A DNA stretch of 63,331 nt, the filler included, from Choristocarpus tenellus KU-1152 (Eukaryota > Protista > Phaeophyceae): the NCBI GenBank assembly GCA_964200185.2. It is 13 parts of 13 records of this genome, joined end to end, with 100 filler letters (N's around TTAATTAATTAA, not from the genome) between each part and the next. Parts side by side here need not be neighbours in the genome. Positions count along the whole stretch, not along the records: positions 35,926 to 44,631 come from CAXNAD020004424.1; positions 44,732 to 49,015 come from CAXNAD020015297.1; positions 49,116 to 51,767 come from CAXNAD020025946.1; 10 more parts are not named here. One strand, given 5' to 3'. This document shows positions 37,101-49,880 of this stretch, in pieces. Below the pieces are notes generated by a model. It did not search any database and was not told the DNA's origin. It saw only the letters and a program-made list of their open reading frames with translations. Both the position numbers and the translations under genes were made by a program. Numbering within the stretch: the first letter of the stretch is position 1; each line of letters opens with the position of its first letter.

Positions 37101-40100
37101 GCAACACTGAAGCAGTCCTGGCCTTACCATGGTGGTGAACTGTTGCGCTTGTTGAGGGCACTCATGGATTGGAAGACATCTGGGACACCTGATGGTGAAC
37201 CTCGGGAGGTGAGACAAAAGGAAATGGTGATCGTTTCTAAGAAAACATACGGCAGGAGCAGCAGAACAAAGTCAAACTTGTGCACGAAGTTTGTTTGCTC
37301 TAGTAGTGGAGATTTAGTTTAAGGGTTTCTATCACCGCATCCTTGACATGATCCTCTCTCTAGGTCCTGAAGATCTCATTATGCACAACACACTGTGGAG
37401 TGACCTATGAGGAGGCTGCAGGAGTCAACAAGACAAAGTGTGTTTCATCTATTGGTACAATGTAAACGCATCCTGCTCAGTACCATCCCAACCTCCTTCC
37501 CGCAAAGATAGTGGAACAGATCACATCATTGACTGCATCTCAAGGTGGCCCATCATGTTTGGGGAACGACAAACGGAATGGGCCTGACTCTTGATGGAAG
37601 CAGCAAAATAAAAAAAGGCTCCATATATCAGTATTAAGAATGAAGATATGTTTTATATGAATAATGATGGGATATCGTCTCTATGCCAAAACACTCCTCC
37701 CATTGTCCTGCGGCTGGTCTCCTGCCTTGCTACCCTTCCCCCAAAATCTATGAACCCATATATGAGCATAAAATCACCGCCTCTATCCCAAAGCCCTCTC
37801 TCTGCCACCCCCTCTGCCCATCCCACGAACTAAGGTGATCTTGATAGGGGGTGGGCTCCGCTCCCCTCTTGAGACAGTTATCCGTGATGCGGTGGCAGCT
37901 GTGACCATCCGTCAGGCAAGAAATAGAGAAAGGCTTTTACAGACTCACAATACAGCACATACCCCTATTTGACTGTGACAACAAACAAAAGTCCTTCACA
38001 TCGATTCTAAGAGTGACAGCATAACAAGGCACTCCTATAATTAATGTTCTTCGGCTCTTTTGAAGAGATACTGGCTGCCTGTCTTGCTGATTGTTAGCTT
38101 GTTTGGCTTGCAATGCAGAGGACTGTTTCTGGTGCTTTCCACAAAATCAAAGTCAAACAACAGGGATTCTGAACGCCTGAGAAGTGTAGGGATTGAGGCA
38201 CCTTAGACTATTAATACTCTCTAGTTGCAATGACCGACGTTCAATTGCAGTTTCTCTTCTTTTCAATGACATACAACAAACACTGAGACTGCCGTGATTA
38301 CCGTATGCCAGGGCAGGGCCCCCAAACAATACATCTCTCCAAGGTCATAACTCTAGTGTTGGCACACGATGTATCTCTAATTTCTAGCAGGCGTTTAAAA
38401 GTGTACTCAATGTACTCCAGAGTGCTATCTATAGTGGTATGACAACTACTGCACACTTGATAGGACACACATGACTTGACTTACAATCCATGATATTGGA
38501 TAATACTAACAGAAAGGTGTACACTCCTTGCCTGTTTAGATGTATACCTCTATTGTAACCCTTGAGCAATACACCCGATTTTCACGTTCTGTACACACGA
38601 TATAAGCCCCAAAAACAAAGGTGTCACAGCAGAAGAGATGGTGATTCAGTGATATAGAAGTTCAGCACAATGGATTAAATGCCCTTTTCGTAATGTACAA
38701 TAGATGTGATTTGATCATCTCCTGTATAATATTGCAATCATGTGCACATCTTGCTTGGTATAACTAATTACCTTACTCTTTTGGGAAAGACTAATTTGGT
38801 ATCTTTGAGTCCATTGCATACTTGAGCACAGAGCATTGGACAGCTCTGCTTCAAAATCAATATAGTAGCAGTCTTCCATCCATTCCCATACCTCCCCAAT
38901 TTTGGAGAGGACATCATCTAGGTACTCAACTCGAGATATTTCAATCAGGATAAGATATAGTAGTTCTTCACCGGTCAAACATTACCACACAAAGCCATGC
39001 ACCCACTCCCACAGGTTGTCTGCGGTCCCTTCTTTGGGGGTGCATATCGCAAGAGATTTGTAGCAGAATCTTCAGGGGAGCTCGACCAGCGGCTGTCATA
39101 CGTGCACAAGTGGGTAAGGGGGGAAGATGTAATGGGCGGACAGATAGAGGAAACTAGGACTTCTGAGGACGGGAGCGAAAGGAAGAGAGGTGAAATTCGT
39201 CATGCCAGCAGAGATGTGGGCATTGAAGGGGTCAAGGACAGCAGCAATGATAATAGTGGCGGAGAAATAGGCACACAAGAGGGAAAATATCCTAGGTTAG
39301 CTGCAACAGGTGCTAGTGAAGGCGAAGAAGGTGGCAAGGGGTATAATAAGATGGAGGAGGATGGTGATTCTTATCTTTGCCCATCTTGCACACTGGTGCA
39401 TTGTGCAGCAGGAGGTCAGGGGCTTTCAGCACGCGTAGATGTGCGAAACCGTTTCTTTAGCCCTCAGGAGTGGAACAGATGGTGCGCTGCCGCTGTCATC
39501 ACCTCTGCCTCTTCTACTGGCAAGAAAAAACCCTATACATCATCGGCAGGTTGTCTCTCGGAAGGAGATGCAGATATGCCGAGGGGTCTCCCGTTGTGGG
39601 TTGAGTCAGGTATGGAGCAGGTTCTTAGGGACTACGCCACTGCTGTGTCCAGAGACCGAGACAGGACGAAGTCCCGCTTATCTGCTGGGGACAGGTCTGG
39701 TGAAGGGAGTGCAATGAAGCCTTCAGGACCAGACAAAGTCGTTGAGGGTACTGATGTTAACATAAAAGCAGGCTCAGGAGCAGGGGCCGACCTAGAAGAA
39801 AATGCAGGGGATGTGGAGGGTAGCTACACTGAGGGGAGGAGAGGGGGACACCCCACTTCAAGAGTCACTGTTGGGGCAACTGCTGCCGTAGAAGATCTGG
39901 CAGTAAGAAAATGTCTGGGACAGGCGTTTTTGAGGGTTCTGGCTGGAGGACTGTCAGTAAGCGGCGTCAATACATTAAGCATGACGCACACGTTTTTTTC
40001 ATCTCTCCTCTGGGCATATGGTCAGGTGAGAACACCATTTGTGAGCTAACTTCAAAGGATAGTTATGTGCCAAGTTGTGAGCTTTGTTGACAGAGGGGGG

Positions 40101-42150
40101 ATGGATGGATGCATGCTGGAGTATGTGCGTATATACATGTACCAATGTTTGGTAGGTCAAATAGGTCTATCCTCGTATTGATAAATTTGTTTGCTCAAGT
40201 CGCTTGAAGAATAATAATAACTAGATGTGTATACTGAACACTGCTTGTAGCTTTGCATTGTATAGTTCAACTTACTGATGTACTTGCAGTAGTTCTGAGT
40301 ACAACAGAGTTCATTATATACGTTTTATGCTGATTCTACTGCATCAGATAGGTATCTCACTGCAGAGTGAAAGTATCTTAGAGGGTACAAGTTTTGCCCT
40401 GTTTGTCCATTTGAGGCTTGGCTTCCCTCCGTTTTTTTATGACATTCTTACCTATTCCAAAATGTTTCGGAGTAGGAAAGATGTATACTTTATGAAAAAG
40501 TATACCCGGAAGAAGGATATTGACACTTGAGTGAAACTATCTTAGAGGGTACGGATTTTTCTCTGTTTGTCCATTTGTGGGCTTGGCTTCCCATGGGTTT
40601 TTTTATGACCTTTTCCGACTCCAAAATGTTTCGGAGTAGGTAAAATGTATACATATGTAGGGCTTGGCTTCCCATTGGTTTTTTTATGACATTTTTCGAC
40701 TCCAAAATGTTTCGTAGTAGGTACATGTATACGTTATGAAAGGTGTGTCGGAAACATAGATATTGGCACTTCCTAACAAACACGATAGCCAAAATTCCAT
40801 CAAAATCACAACATTCTATTTTGACCCCCAAATGGACGTGACTCTACCCTCTAAGATACTTTGGTTATGCAAGGTGGGAAGAGCACTAACTTATGTGGTG
40901 GTTTCTAATAACCTGAAGGGCATTCGTCCATACCATAGAGGGGATAGTGGACCAGTTTATTCCACTGCAAGGATAGATGTTTCGGAAGGTTCTTGTGCAC
41001 GTTTTCTCGGGACACACTGCTTACTTGGTTTTAAAGGTTAGGGTAGAGATGAGAAACACGAGAGTGATCAGATATTGGAAATGATGATATCACCTCCCCA
41101 CAACATCAAACGATCCAGCAGTACCTAATCAGAATTATGGATGATAGAGCAAGAAGTTAGAAGCAATATATAATCTGAACAAGCACACCCAACAAGAAAA
41201 CATATCTAATTTAAACATGATCACACGACAGAGCTAAGTTGCAGCAACAATCAAAATGACTCCAGTTTGATAAAGTGAAATTATCCCCTGAGCTTTGAGG
41301 CACTCTCAAGCACTACAAAGCACAGTTAGATACTAATCGGTTTGTTTGCTAATAAAGCTTTCTCACAAAAGGTCACCTACCCCAGGAATTTTTCGCAGGG
41401 AATCCAAACTCTCTGCAGCCTATCAGTTCTCCCCTTCATTAGTACCTGTGCTCCATTGTAGGGCTTTGAGTCACTTGGGCTTCAAGAAACAGTAATGATA
41501 ACAAGACCACAGATAGATGGGCAGAAAGTCAAGAGTCAAACCAACTGAGAAGTAGGCAGGGTACCAAATGTTGCCACGGCAAATGCATTGGATCGCTTCC
41601 ATGTGACATGTTGACCATTGTAATAGTGCTATTAGTACAAACGGTGCTCAATTGTCCCCTAGCCCTCAATATATTGGCAGAACACCAGGTACCACCACAC
41701 TGCAGTACAGTACCACTTGAACGACACGGTACAAACCTGGAAAGAACCAAAAACACCAGGAACCGTTCATGTCCTCACAGATTCAAGACTAATCTCTGAC
41801 ATTCAGAAATTGTTCCAACAGTCAGTGTTCTACCTTCACTCCGTTTTCCAACCCTTTCTCAGGCGTGCTGTGCCCCCCTCCGTTTGGTGTACCCTACTCC
41901 ACCATCAGTGGTGGCAGCGTGGTGTCTGCTGAGGAGGCAGCAGCATCAGAGACAAGAGGAACAGGACCAGGCTGATGTACCCAAGGATGCAGAGATTGGG
42001 AAGGGGGGTGGGATAGCAATGGAGGAGTTGCCCTTTTGTTACGATGAGGATTCGTTCGTGAAGTTTGTAGTGGAGACATTGGAGGTGTCAAAGCGTCTTG
42101 CTGCTTACTTTGGGGAAGAGGGGGGGTGGGCAAGTTGGGATAAGGAGTAA
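37101..42150 (+). CDS. 3' part of an unidentified host gene; predicted exons 37101-37208, 39015-40025, 41863-42150
   Basis: AG/GT boundaries, all phase 0, joining in frame (..PDGEPRE|VVCGPFFGG..LLWAYGQ|ACCAPLRLVYPTPP..WDKE*); includes a 1011-nt open exon; no domain recognised. Confidence 0.65.
40365..40867 (+). mobile_element. MITE family A with internal duplications (second left end at 40529)
   Basis: Two left TIRs, three copies of the GGCTTGGCTTCCC..ACTCCAAAATGTTT core, one right end; TSD TGCA around the whole. Confidence 0.85.
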
Positions 42151-43314
42151 ATGATCGTTGTAAGTCGTTTCATCATGTTTTTTGAGCGTGCAATCTAGTG
42201 CATGACGAGCTGAATACACACAATTTTTAAAAATACCTCTTACCTATATACAGAGGATTTTACACCCACAGGTAATGTGGAGCGGAGTGGTCGGTAAAAG
42301 CCTTGGTGAGAGAGACTGCAAGAGGATTAGGCTGGCAACGACAGCAGGCACCACAGTACAACAATAGGAGGGTATGATTAAACTTTTGTCTGGAGAAGAG
42401 TATCAAGTGATGCTGACCTATTCGTCGAGGAGAGCATTTAACAAAAAAAAATATGTGGCGGGAAAGGAGTCTCCGGCTCCACTACAACAAGCTGTCTTGA
42501 TCACACCGGAGTAGTAAGGTCATACCTTGTTACTAAGTATAATTAATTTCTCAAGTATTTTCTCACAAAGACCATACCAAGTGCTTACTCTATATGTTGT
42601 ATGCTCGGATTAACTCGGTGGAGATTGTATGAGCAAATGGCATGTTAGCCCATGCTGTTGGCTAACAGTCCATCACTAGCAGGAAAAAACCAATAAGTGT
42701 GTAGCAAACAGCAAGTGATTGTGCATGACTATTAAGCATATACATTATTTACATACAATATGCGAGTGTACGTTAAGTTCCTATGCGTGAGTTGGATGGC
42801 ACACATGCATGATCATCACTTGCCAAGGATAAATTGATTGCAATTTGTACGTCATCATCAGTCTGTATTTCCTTCCTCCCAGTCGATTCATGCGTGTATG
42901 TATGCATGGTACTTCAATTTCAATAACTTGAAACTTTTTTCCCTTGGGACACTACCTGTCACAAGCAAACATAGGTCTGCGCTGAGAAAAAGTAGTAGTG
43001 GTAAATAGTAGTAATAATTGTTATTATAATACTGTGGGAAAAGTGGGGTATTTTATGCAGTCGAAAAAATCCCAACACAGTAATATTACTAAGTAAGTTC
43101 TGTTACGCAAATCATTTGTTGGGATTACTGTACTCTTGTAATAATGAACTACCTTTGTGGGAACAACACACATAATAAGCAAAAAAATATCAAGAAACAG
43201 TACTAGTCATAACAATCAGTTATGGATTCCACAGTATTAAAAGAAGGTCAATTGCACATTTATATAGTGCATACTACCACAACTTGAACCAGGCCTTGTA
43301 TGTATACTACGTTA

Positions 43315-44400
43315 CTTAATCCGTTTGGAATTAAAGGTAACATAACTTTGGCAACCTCTTTTTTCGTCTGGGAACGACATTGATGATAGACCGTTTGTAC
43401 CAGGCTTAGTTCTCATATAGATTGGGAGGCGTGCAAAATTTGAGATGGTCACCTGCCATGGCTGTGGAGGATCACCAGTGCAAAGTCGACCAAGTCGCAT
43501 TTGACGGGAGTTCAAAAACCTCGTGAAACTGTCAAATCGGGTGCTTATTGGGATGCCTAGGACAAAGCCCCCCCCGTCATTCGAGCAGCTAGCTCATTCC
43601 GTCATCGCCCGTCGGTCCCAACTCTTCAGTCCAGAAGTCTTTCTGGGGTCCAAACACCCCAACGAAGAACAGCGTGGTAGCGCAATGCCTGGAAGCGAGA
43701 GGACTCGAGGCTTGGATGCATCGGGGGATGGTGACGACCATCGCAGAGGACTTCCAGATTTCCTGAATTACCGCGTTCCGTCATCTGAAGGAGTATGACA
43801 GCCAGATCACACGGAGTGAATATATGGACCTTGTACAACGTCAACTTAACAGTCTCAAGTGGCAGTGTGACGGCTGTACAAGTATCCTCGACGTTTGGAT
43901 GCCCAATTGGTACACCACACACCCTACAGCAAATGGGCGGGCAAAGATAGGCTCTCCCTAGCCTTGTTATGGGATCTGTGCAAGTGCGAGAAGGTGAAGG
44001 AGGTCAAGTCGTGGATTAAGCCACCCTCAGACCAGAAGAAAGTCAATAGGGTGGGTTTAGTCATCAGTCACATGCACAGGAAGGGGGGAAGTGGGGTATT
44101 AGTGGATGATCTGTATCACTCAGTGCATGTCGACAAGAGGTGGTTTTACATCCTCATCACAGATGGGCGAGGTGTGTACCTGCAACCCACTGAGGACCCT
44201 CCCAAAATCCCACAGGCACAGAATAAGCGTTACATCACGAAGGTGATATCCCTTGTAGATGTGAGCCGCCGTAGGAAGGTCTCCAACAGGGTGTGGTTTG
44301 ATAGGAAAGTCGGGATCTTGTCGCCAATCATGGACATTAAAGTTCACTCCGTGCTCCAGCAAACACCAACCTGTCAGAGTTAAATGTCTTCTACACCCTG
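43315..44400 (+). mobile_element. Decayed plant-type (DD39D-like) Tc1/mariner element, truncated
   Basis: VHVDKRWFYI..YLQPTEDPP..QNKRYITKVISLVDVSRRR..WFDRKVGI matches the HIDEKWF..KRFI.KVMFL.AVARPR..FDGKIGIW pattern. Confidence 0.85.
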
Positions 44401-45977
44401 TCCAATTTGGTGCACTCCATGCCTTTCTCGTTGGAATATATCAGATGGTAAGCAATGCTCAACCTGAAGAACCTCTCCACAATTGCCCTGGACAGTCCCC
44501 CTTCCTTAAGACCGACAGGAATGTTGGCTCTCATTTTTCAAGGAATGTGTAGTCACAGTGGCCTCGTACATAGTGCTTTGCCCGCCCCCAGACCATCTCT
44601 ATCGGGTTCAATTCTCAGTGGTACTTTGGAANNNNNNNNNNNNNNNNNNNNNNNNNNNNNNNNNNNNNNNNNNNNTTAATTAATTAANNNNNNNNNNNNN
44701 NNNNNNNNNNNNNNNNNNNNNNNNNNNNNNNGTACCACGGTATAACGGTATATGACATACGGAAATAACGGTATAATAACAGGCAAACATGCCTTCCACA
44801 TCACCCCCCCTCTGATCGGCCTTGAAGCCATGTAAACATGATTCATGGTCAACCAAAAGGTGAGCTCTGAGAGCGAAATGGGAAACATGTGTGATTGTTA
44901 GTATACTATTGCACCAATGTATTACACAACTTCATTAATACGATATGAAGTACACTATATAAACGAGGCTAACGATGTATATCTGATCAGGATAACATAG
45001 CCTAAAGGTTGATGGTGTGTGGTCAGCGCACCGATCAAGCTTACGAACGAGATCTGAGTGTATGGGATCAGCATATCAATCAGCCTAATGACGAGGCGAG
45101 AGGTATATGTGGCCAGCATATAGGTCTGTAATATCTTGTATAAAACAGAGGATATACTCAGAATGGGGAGACGAGGAGCAAACACTATTCACGATGTCAA
45201 AAAAACGATTTGACTAGTGTTTGTGATTCGACATTGCTATATGTGTTATACGATGATTTGATCACCACTCCAATGCGTGAAAACAACATCGTGTGTTACG
45301 CAATCAAATCAACACAGCAAATGACGAGATCAAATGTGTGCACCCATTCTCCTTCCTCAATTCTGACTTCGATTGGAAATATTGCTCACGACAACAATAT
45401 TCCAAGTGGACAACTCGGACGAACGTTCAATGTTGGTGGCTCAACTCTCCTAAAACGATATGAGGTGACTGTACGGTTATTACATCATGTCGGGGGGTCA
45501 TGCCACACAAAAAATAAATAAATAAATATCATGTATGGCTCACCTCAACTCTCCATCTCTTACTTGGTGGTAGACTTGAGTCTCCTTTTACTTTCTGTTT
45601 GAGGATGGGATTAGTCATTTCATGATCAATAAATCCATTTCATGAAAGCATGACATGATGTAATGAACAGCCACCTTTAGCATACACGTGATAATATATA
45701 TGTGCCCGGTGATAATGGTCTCTTCACCACCGCATGTGTCCACTCATGCAAATGAGGAGAGTTGAGAGATAAAATTAATTGTATATTAATTTATCTAATC
45801 CACCAACATTTGTGTATAGTCTATTTGCAACGATTGATAAACCTGGTAAACACGAGATGCCAAGTCAGAGCTGGACGTGAACAGGTTAACTGGCATCTGT
45901 TACCGGTTTATCTCATCTTTTCACAAAACGATAGACTATACTCATCTATGACAAAATGACACACACACAATTCACAT

Positions 45978-45991
45978 TGGCGACACCGGTG
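45978..45991 (+). promoter_or_regulatory. Primer-binding site complementary to tRNA-Ser, just after an LTR end
   Basis: CACAATTCACA|T|TGGCGACACCGGTG; exact complement of the tRNA 3' end at 46946-46959. Confidence 0.8.
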
Positions 45992-46040
45992 CCCTCAGAA
46001 ATAGAGTGACGGGGCATTTCTGTTTGACCGCGGAGGAAAG

Positions 46041-46847
46041 ATGCCGAACTCTAGATCAAGACGAAGACGGCGGCCACAAGAGCGCAGAACCCCAGATCTG
46101 GCGCCATCAAGAGCACCAGAAGAGGCCCAAGACCACGAGTCAATGGAAGGCATGGAGTCTTCCACCCACCTCGATTCTGACGTGTCTAGTATTGACTCCA
46201 CGTCATCCAGCACCACCACATTTGCTGAACGGCGCCGTGGATCCCCCCCTTCCCCTTTCACAGATCGACAGGCGAATGTCAGACCCGTGTCATCGACCCT
46301 AGAGCATCGTGTTAGCTCGGGCGACCGTGACACTCGTCAGGTCCTATTCCAGGAAGAACCGGTCCCACCCCCAAGTTCGACTACTTGTGAGGTGGCCATT
46401 TCACAGGCACAGTTTGGGGATGCTGTACCATCGTTCATCGCGCACCATGTTAACGAGTGCGCCAGAACGAACACGGTGCCTCCTGGATGGCTTCAGGATT
46501 TGATGAAGCTGCAAACTCGGGGAATGGACTCCGATCAAGTAAGACCCCTTCCACAGAGCAGCGACGCCGCACGTCCGCCATCAATGTCAGAAGCGAGTCG
46601 TTTCAGGTTTTCCGCTTTGGAAATACCATTTGGTCTTGTCATTACAGGTTCTGGAGAGGAAGATTTGCCACTCTTGTTTTCCAAATGGCACGTGGCAATT
46701 TCCTTGCACTCTAGTCGGTATGGTTCCACATCCTGTGAGACAATCAATGCTCGATGTGTAGAATTTTTACCGAAAATTCTTCAAGGACCAGCTGAATTTT
46801 TTTTTTCAGGCGTTGGCAGGCACAGTAGAGTGACGTTCAACAAGTGA
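46041..46847 (+). CDS. Gag-like N-terminal ORF of an LTR retrotransposon (truncated)
   Basis: 268-aa ORF starting 50 nt after the PBS; low-complexity S/R/P-rich N-terminus; assigned by position, not by motif. Confidence 0.55.
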   Translation: MPNSRSRRRRRPQERRTPDLAPSRAPEEAQDHESMEGMESSTHLDSDVSSIDSTSSSTTTFAERRRGSPPSPFTDRQANVRPVSSTLEHRVSSGDRDTRQVLFQEEPVPPPSSTTCEVAISQAQFGDAVPSFIAHHVNECARTNTVPPGWLQDLMKLQTRGMDSDQVRPLPQSSDAARPPSMSEASRFRFSALEIPFGLVITGSGEEDLPLLFSKWHVAISLHSSRYGSTSCETINARCVEFLPKILQGPAEFFFSGVGRHSRVTFNK

Positions 46848-46905
46848 TCTGGCTCGTTTGCAATCGTCTCTTGACACTCCCGTCCCCATCACACCTCCAA
46901 AGACT

Positions 46906-46959
46906 CTGCTAAGTTCGTGTGCTTTGCACACGTGAGTTCAAATCTCACCGGTGTCGCCA
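46906..46959 (+). pseudogene. 3' half of tRNA-Ser(GCT) with encoded CCA (reverse-transcribed fragment)
   Basis: Anticodon loop CT-GCT-AA; GTTCG; long variable arm TGTGC-TTT-GCACA; T arm GTGAG-TTCAAAT-CTCAC; acceptor strand CGGTGTC; G73; CCA. The 5' half is absent. Confidence 0.88.
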
Positions 46960-46960
46960 A

Positions 46961-47224
46961 TGTGAATTGTGTGATTCTGTGGCGGTGTGATTCACTCAGG
47001 CAAGGGTGGTGAAGAGAATCAACGGGTAAGACGGTCCACACGAACAAGGACGAACCGTGACCGAGGGTATGAGGTTAAGGTTGGCCAAGCGTAAACTTAG
47101 GAGTGATGAGCACCATCAAAGGTGGGGCTTCATCACCACCAGTCAAGACATAGAAATAATAGTAATAATACTTCTCATATCAATCATCATAAGGATGATG
47201 ATCATCAACAAATCCCTCACTACA
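46961..47224 (-). mobile_element. Putative LTR joined to the tRNA fragment (far boundary tentative)
   Basis: Minus-strand end CACACAATTCACA is identical to the LTR end at 45964-45976; possible start TGTAGTGAGG at 47224. Confidence 0.5.
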
Positions 47225-47466
47225 TGTAGACATCAAGGCTGCCTTGTCTTCCTGGACAGTTTTTGAACCATCTCTCAGAGGTGAGATCTCGTCCATAAAA
47301 CAATTTCTTCCGTACCATTCATCTTCACCCCACACTTATTTGTCTCATCTCTTCCATCATTAGAACGAATTGTTTTGAGAATCATCCCAACTCACACTCA
47401 CATTTCTTCCATTAAGTAACCTCTTCAGATCATTCACCCCCCACACACTTCGTGACATCTCTTCAA

Positions 47467-48533
47467 CTTCCTCCGCTTGGAATAAAATGAAACATAACTT
47501 TTTAAAGCTCCGTTCTCACCAGGGAACAACCCACATGATAAACCTTCTATACAAGGTTTAGTTCTCATACACATTGGGAGGCGTAAAGATTGAGATGGCC
47601 GGCTGTCATGACTGTGGAGAATCACCAGTGGAAAGTCGACCAAGTTTCATTCAATTTCCTCATGAAACTGTTTATTGGGATGCCTAGGACAAAGGACCCC
47701 AGTCGTTCAAGTGGCTCGCTCATTCCATTGTTGCTCGTTGGTCCCAATTCTTCGACCCAGAAGTCTGTTCAGGGTCAGGACTCAAACAACCCAACAAAGA
47801 ACAGCATGGTGGTACGATGCCTGGAGGCAAGAGGGCGCAAGACTTGGATGCCTTGGGGGACAGCGGTGGCCACCACAAAGGATTTTGGAATTTCCTGAAT
47901 CACCATGTTCCATCATCTAAAGGACTACGACAGCCAGATTGCATGGGGTGAATGCATGGACCTTGTACGATGTCAAAGGGCAATGTGGCCACCATACAAG
48001 TATCCTCAAAATTTGGGATGTCCCATCGATACACCATACCACACATCCATCCGCAAATGGGCGGTGAATACTGTGGTCTCCCTTGCCTCGTTGTGGGATC
48101 TGTGTAAGTGCAAGAAGGTGAAGAAGATGGAGCGGTGGATTAAGCCAGTCCTCTCAGACCAGCAGAAAGTCAACAGGGTGGGTTTCGTCATCAACCACAC
48201 GTACAGGAAGGGGGGAAGAGGGGTATTAGTGGACGATCTGTATGACTGGGTAAATGTGGATAAGAAGGGGCTTTACGTCCTCAGAGATGGGCAAGGTCTG
48301 TACCTGCCACGCCACGGGCACAGAATAAATGATACATTACGAAGGTGATGTTCCTTGCAGTTGTGGCCCATCCTTGGAAGTTTTCCAACAGGGTGTGGTT
48401 CGATGGGAAATCGGGATCTGGTCAATCGTGGACACTAAGGACGGTCAGCACTCCAAAAAATACCACCCCAAGGACACCAAGGTGCTTGTTCCACAGTCAA
48501 ATTAATGTTACATTTAAATATGAATGGAGGAAA
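47467..48533 (+). mobile_element. Second plant-type mariner relic with Stowaway-like TIRs, internally deleted
   Basis: Ends CTTCCTCCGCTT.. and ..GAATGGAGGAAA (cf. CTCCCTCCGT); VNVDKKG..YITKVMFLAVVAHP..WFDGK; collinear with 43315-44400. Confidence 0.85.
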
Positions 48534-48539
48534 TTTCAA

Positions 48540-48900
48540 ACAATTTCTTGAGAATCACTTATCCCACAGTCTGGTGACCTCTCTTCCATCAGAACTGATT
48601 GTGGTTGAGAATCATAGTCACCCCACATACCTTGAGGACATCTCTTAATGAAAAAAAATCTTGAGAATCATTCGCCCTGCACCTAGTGACATATCTCCCA
48701 TCAGAACAAGTTCAGAAAGTCTGTTGAGGATCATTCACCCCACTTCTGATGACATCTCTTCCACCCAAAAATCTCTTCAGGATTATTCACCCTATAAAAA
48801 AATATCCAACCACAAATCCATCACAGTCACTCCCTCAAATCATGAGTCATTGGGAATAAGCCACCCAACTCGCGTTCCAGGCATCAACTAAACTCTTCCT
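48540..48900. repeat. Degenerate ~55-65 bp tandem repeat, also present at ~47280-47465
   Basis: Recurring TTGAGAATCAT..CACCCCAC..GTGACATCTCTTCCATCAGAAC on both sides of the mariner. Confidence 0.6.
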
Positions 48901-49844
48901 GAAATAATAGTAATGGTTGATTTGAGAAGTATCCACCCCGCAATAACATGGTTCCCTCCTACCCCCCTGATTTCCCTCATGTGCATGATGAGTAATGGTG
49001 ACGGTGGGTAGACAGNNNNNNNNNNNNNNNNNNNNNNNNNNNNNNNNNNNNNNNNNNNNTTAATTAATTAANNNNNNNNNNNNNNNNNNNNNNNNNNNNN
49101 NNNNNNNNNNNNNNNAAGACCGTTTTCGCAGAACAACCATCCTCATAGTCCCGCTCCATCCTCAATTTTGCGAATCCCCTGTTAGTTGTGTGCTGTCTGT
49201 CTGTGTAGTGAACAGACAACCTACTTACATTACATTGCACAGGTATCTACCTGTGCACAGGTGAGTATTCTGTTTGGACAACTTAGAATTGAAAAGTGTT
49301 TAGCAGAGGATTCAATACATATATTACTACGCACAGTAGTATTGGATGCATCATCACAGCATGATAGGAACCTACCACCTAAACGGACGTTCTTGTCATT
49401 CACACCATCTTAATTCTTACCATCATAAAGCAGCCACTATATCACCACATAGATAAAATATAAATAATATAAACTTCCCCACAATAAATTGCATCAACTA
49501 TGCTATCACTATTATTACTGTTATTATCTTCACCCTTAGTCTAAGGACCATCCTAACCCCTGAACAATAGCACAATTAATATTACAAAACGCACTACTTC
49601 TCATCATGTTACTACAATGTCAATACTATAGCACTACAACTAACTGCGGCACAACGATCAAGCAAAATATTTTTAGTTCGTACTGCCTCCCTTCATGCCC
49701 TGCTTTTTTCACGAGCTGGGTTCAGCCATCTCTGTATCTCTCGTCGCTCAAACTCTTCTCTCGGATCCCTGTGACGAACCAGTTTTGGCGTGGCTTGGCA
49801 ATTAAATCTTGGTAACTCGTTCATGGTGTGACTTTTTTTTGGTA

Positions 49845-49845
49845 T

Positions 49846-49877
<32 letters not shown>
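49845..49877. repeat. (AAT)n microsatellite
   Basis: About 10 consecutive AAT units. Confidence 0.95.

Positions 49878-49880
<3 letters not shown>

Noticed and set aside
46873-46959. Complete tRNA-Ser gene
   Set aside because: No D arm, and the 5' anticodon stem (AGACT) does not pair with GTTCG; only the 3' half is present.
45964-46973. 1-kb DNA transposon with perfect 28-bp TIRs
   Set aside because: The inverted repeat is explained by LTR end + PBS on one side and tRNA 3' end + LTR end on the other; no TSD.
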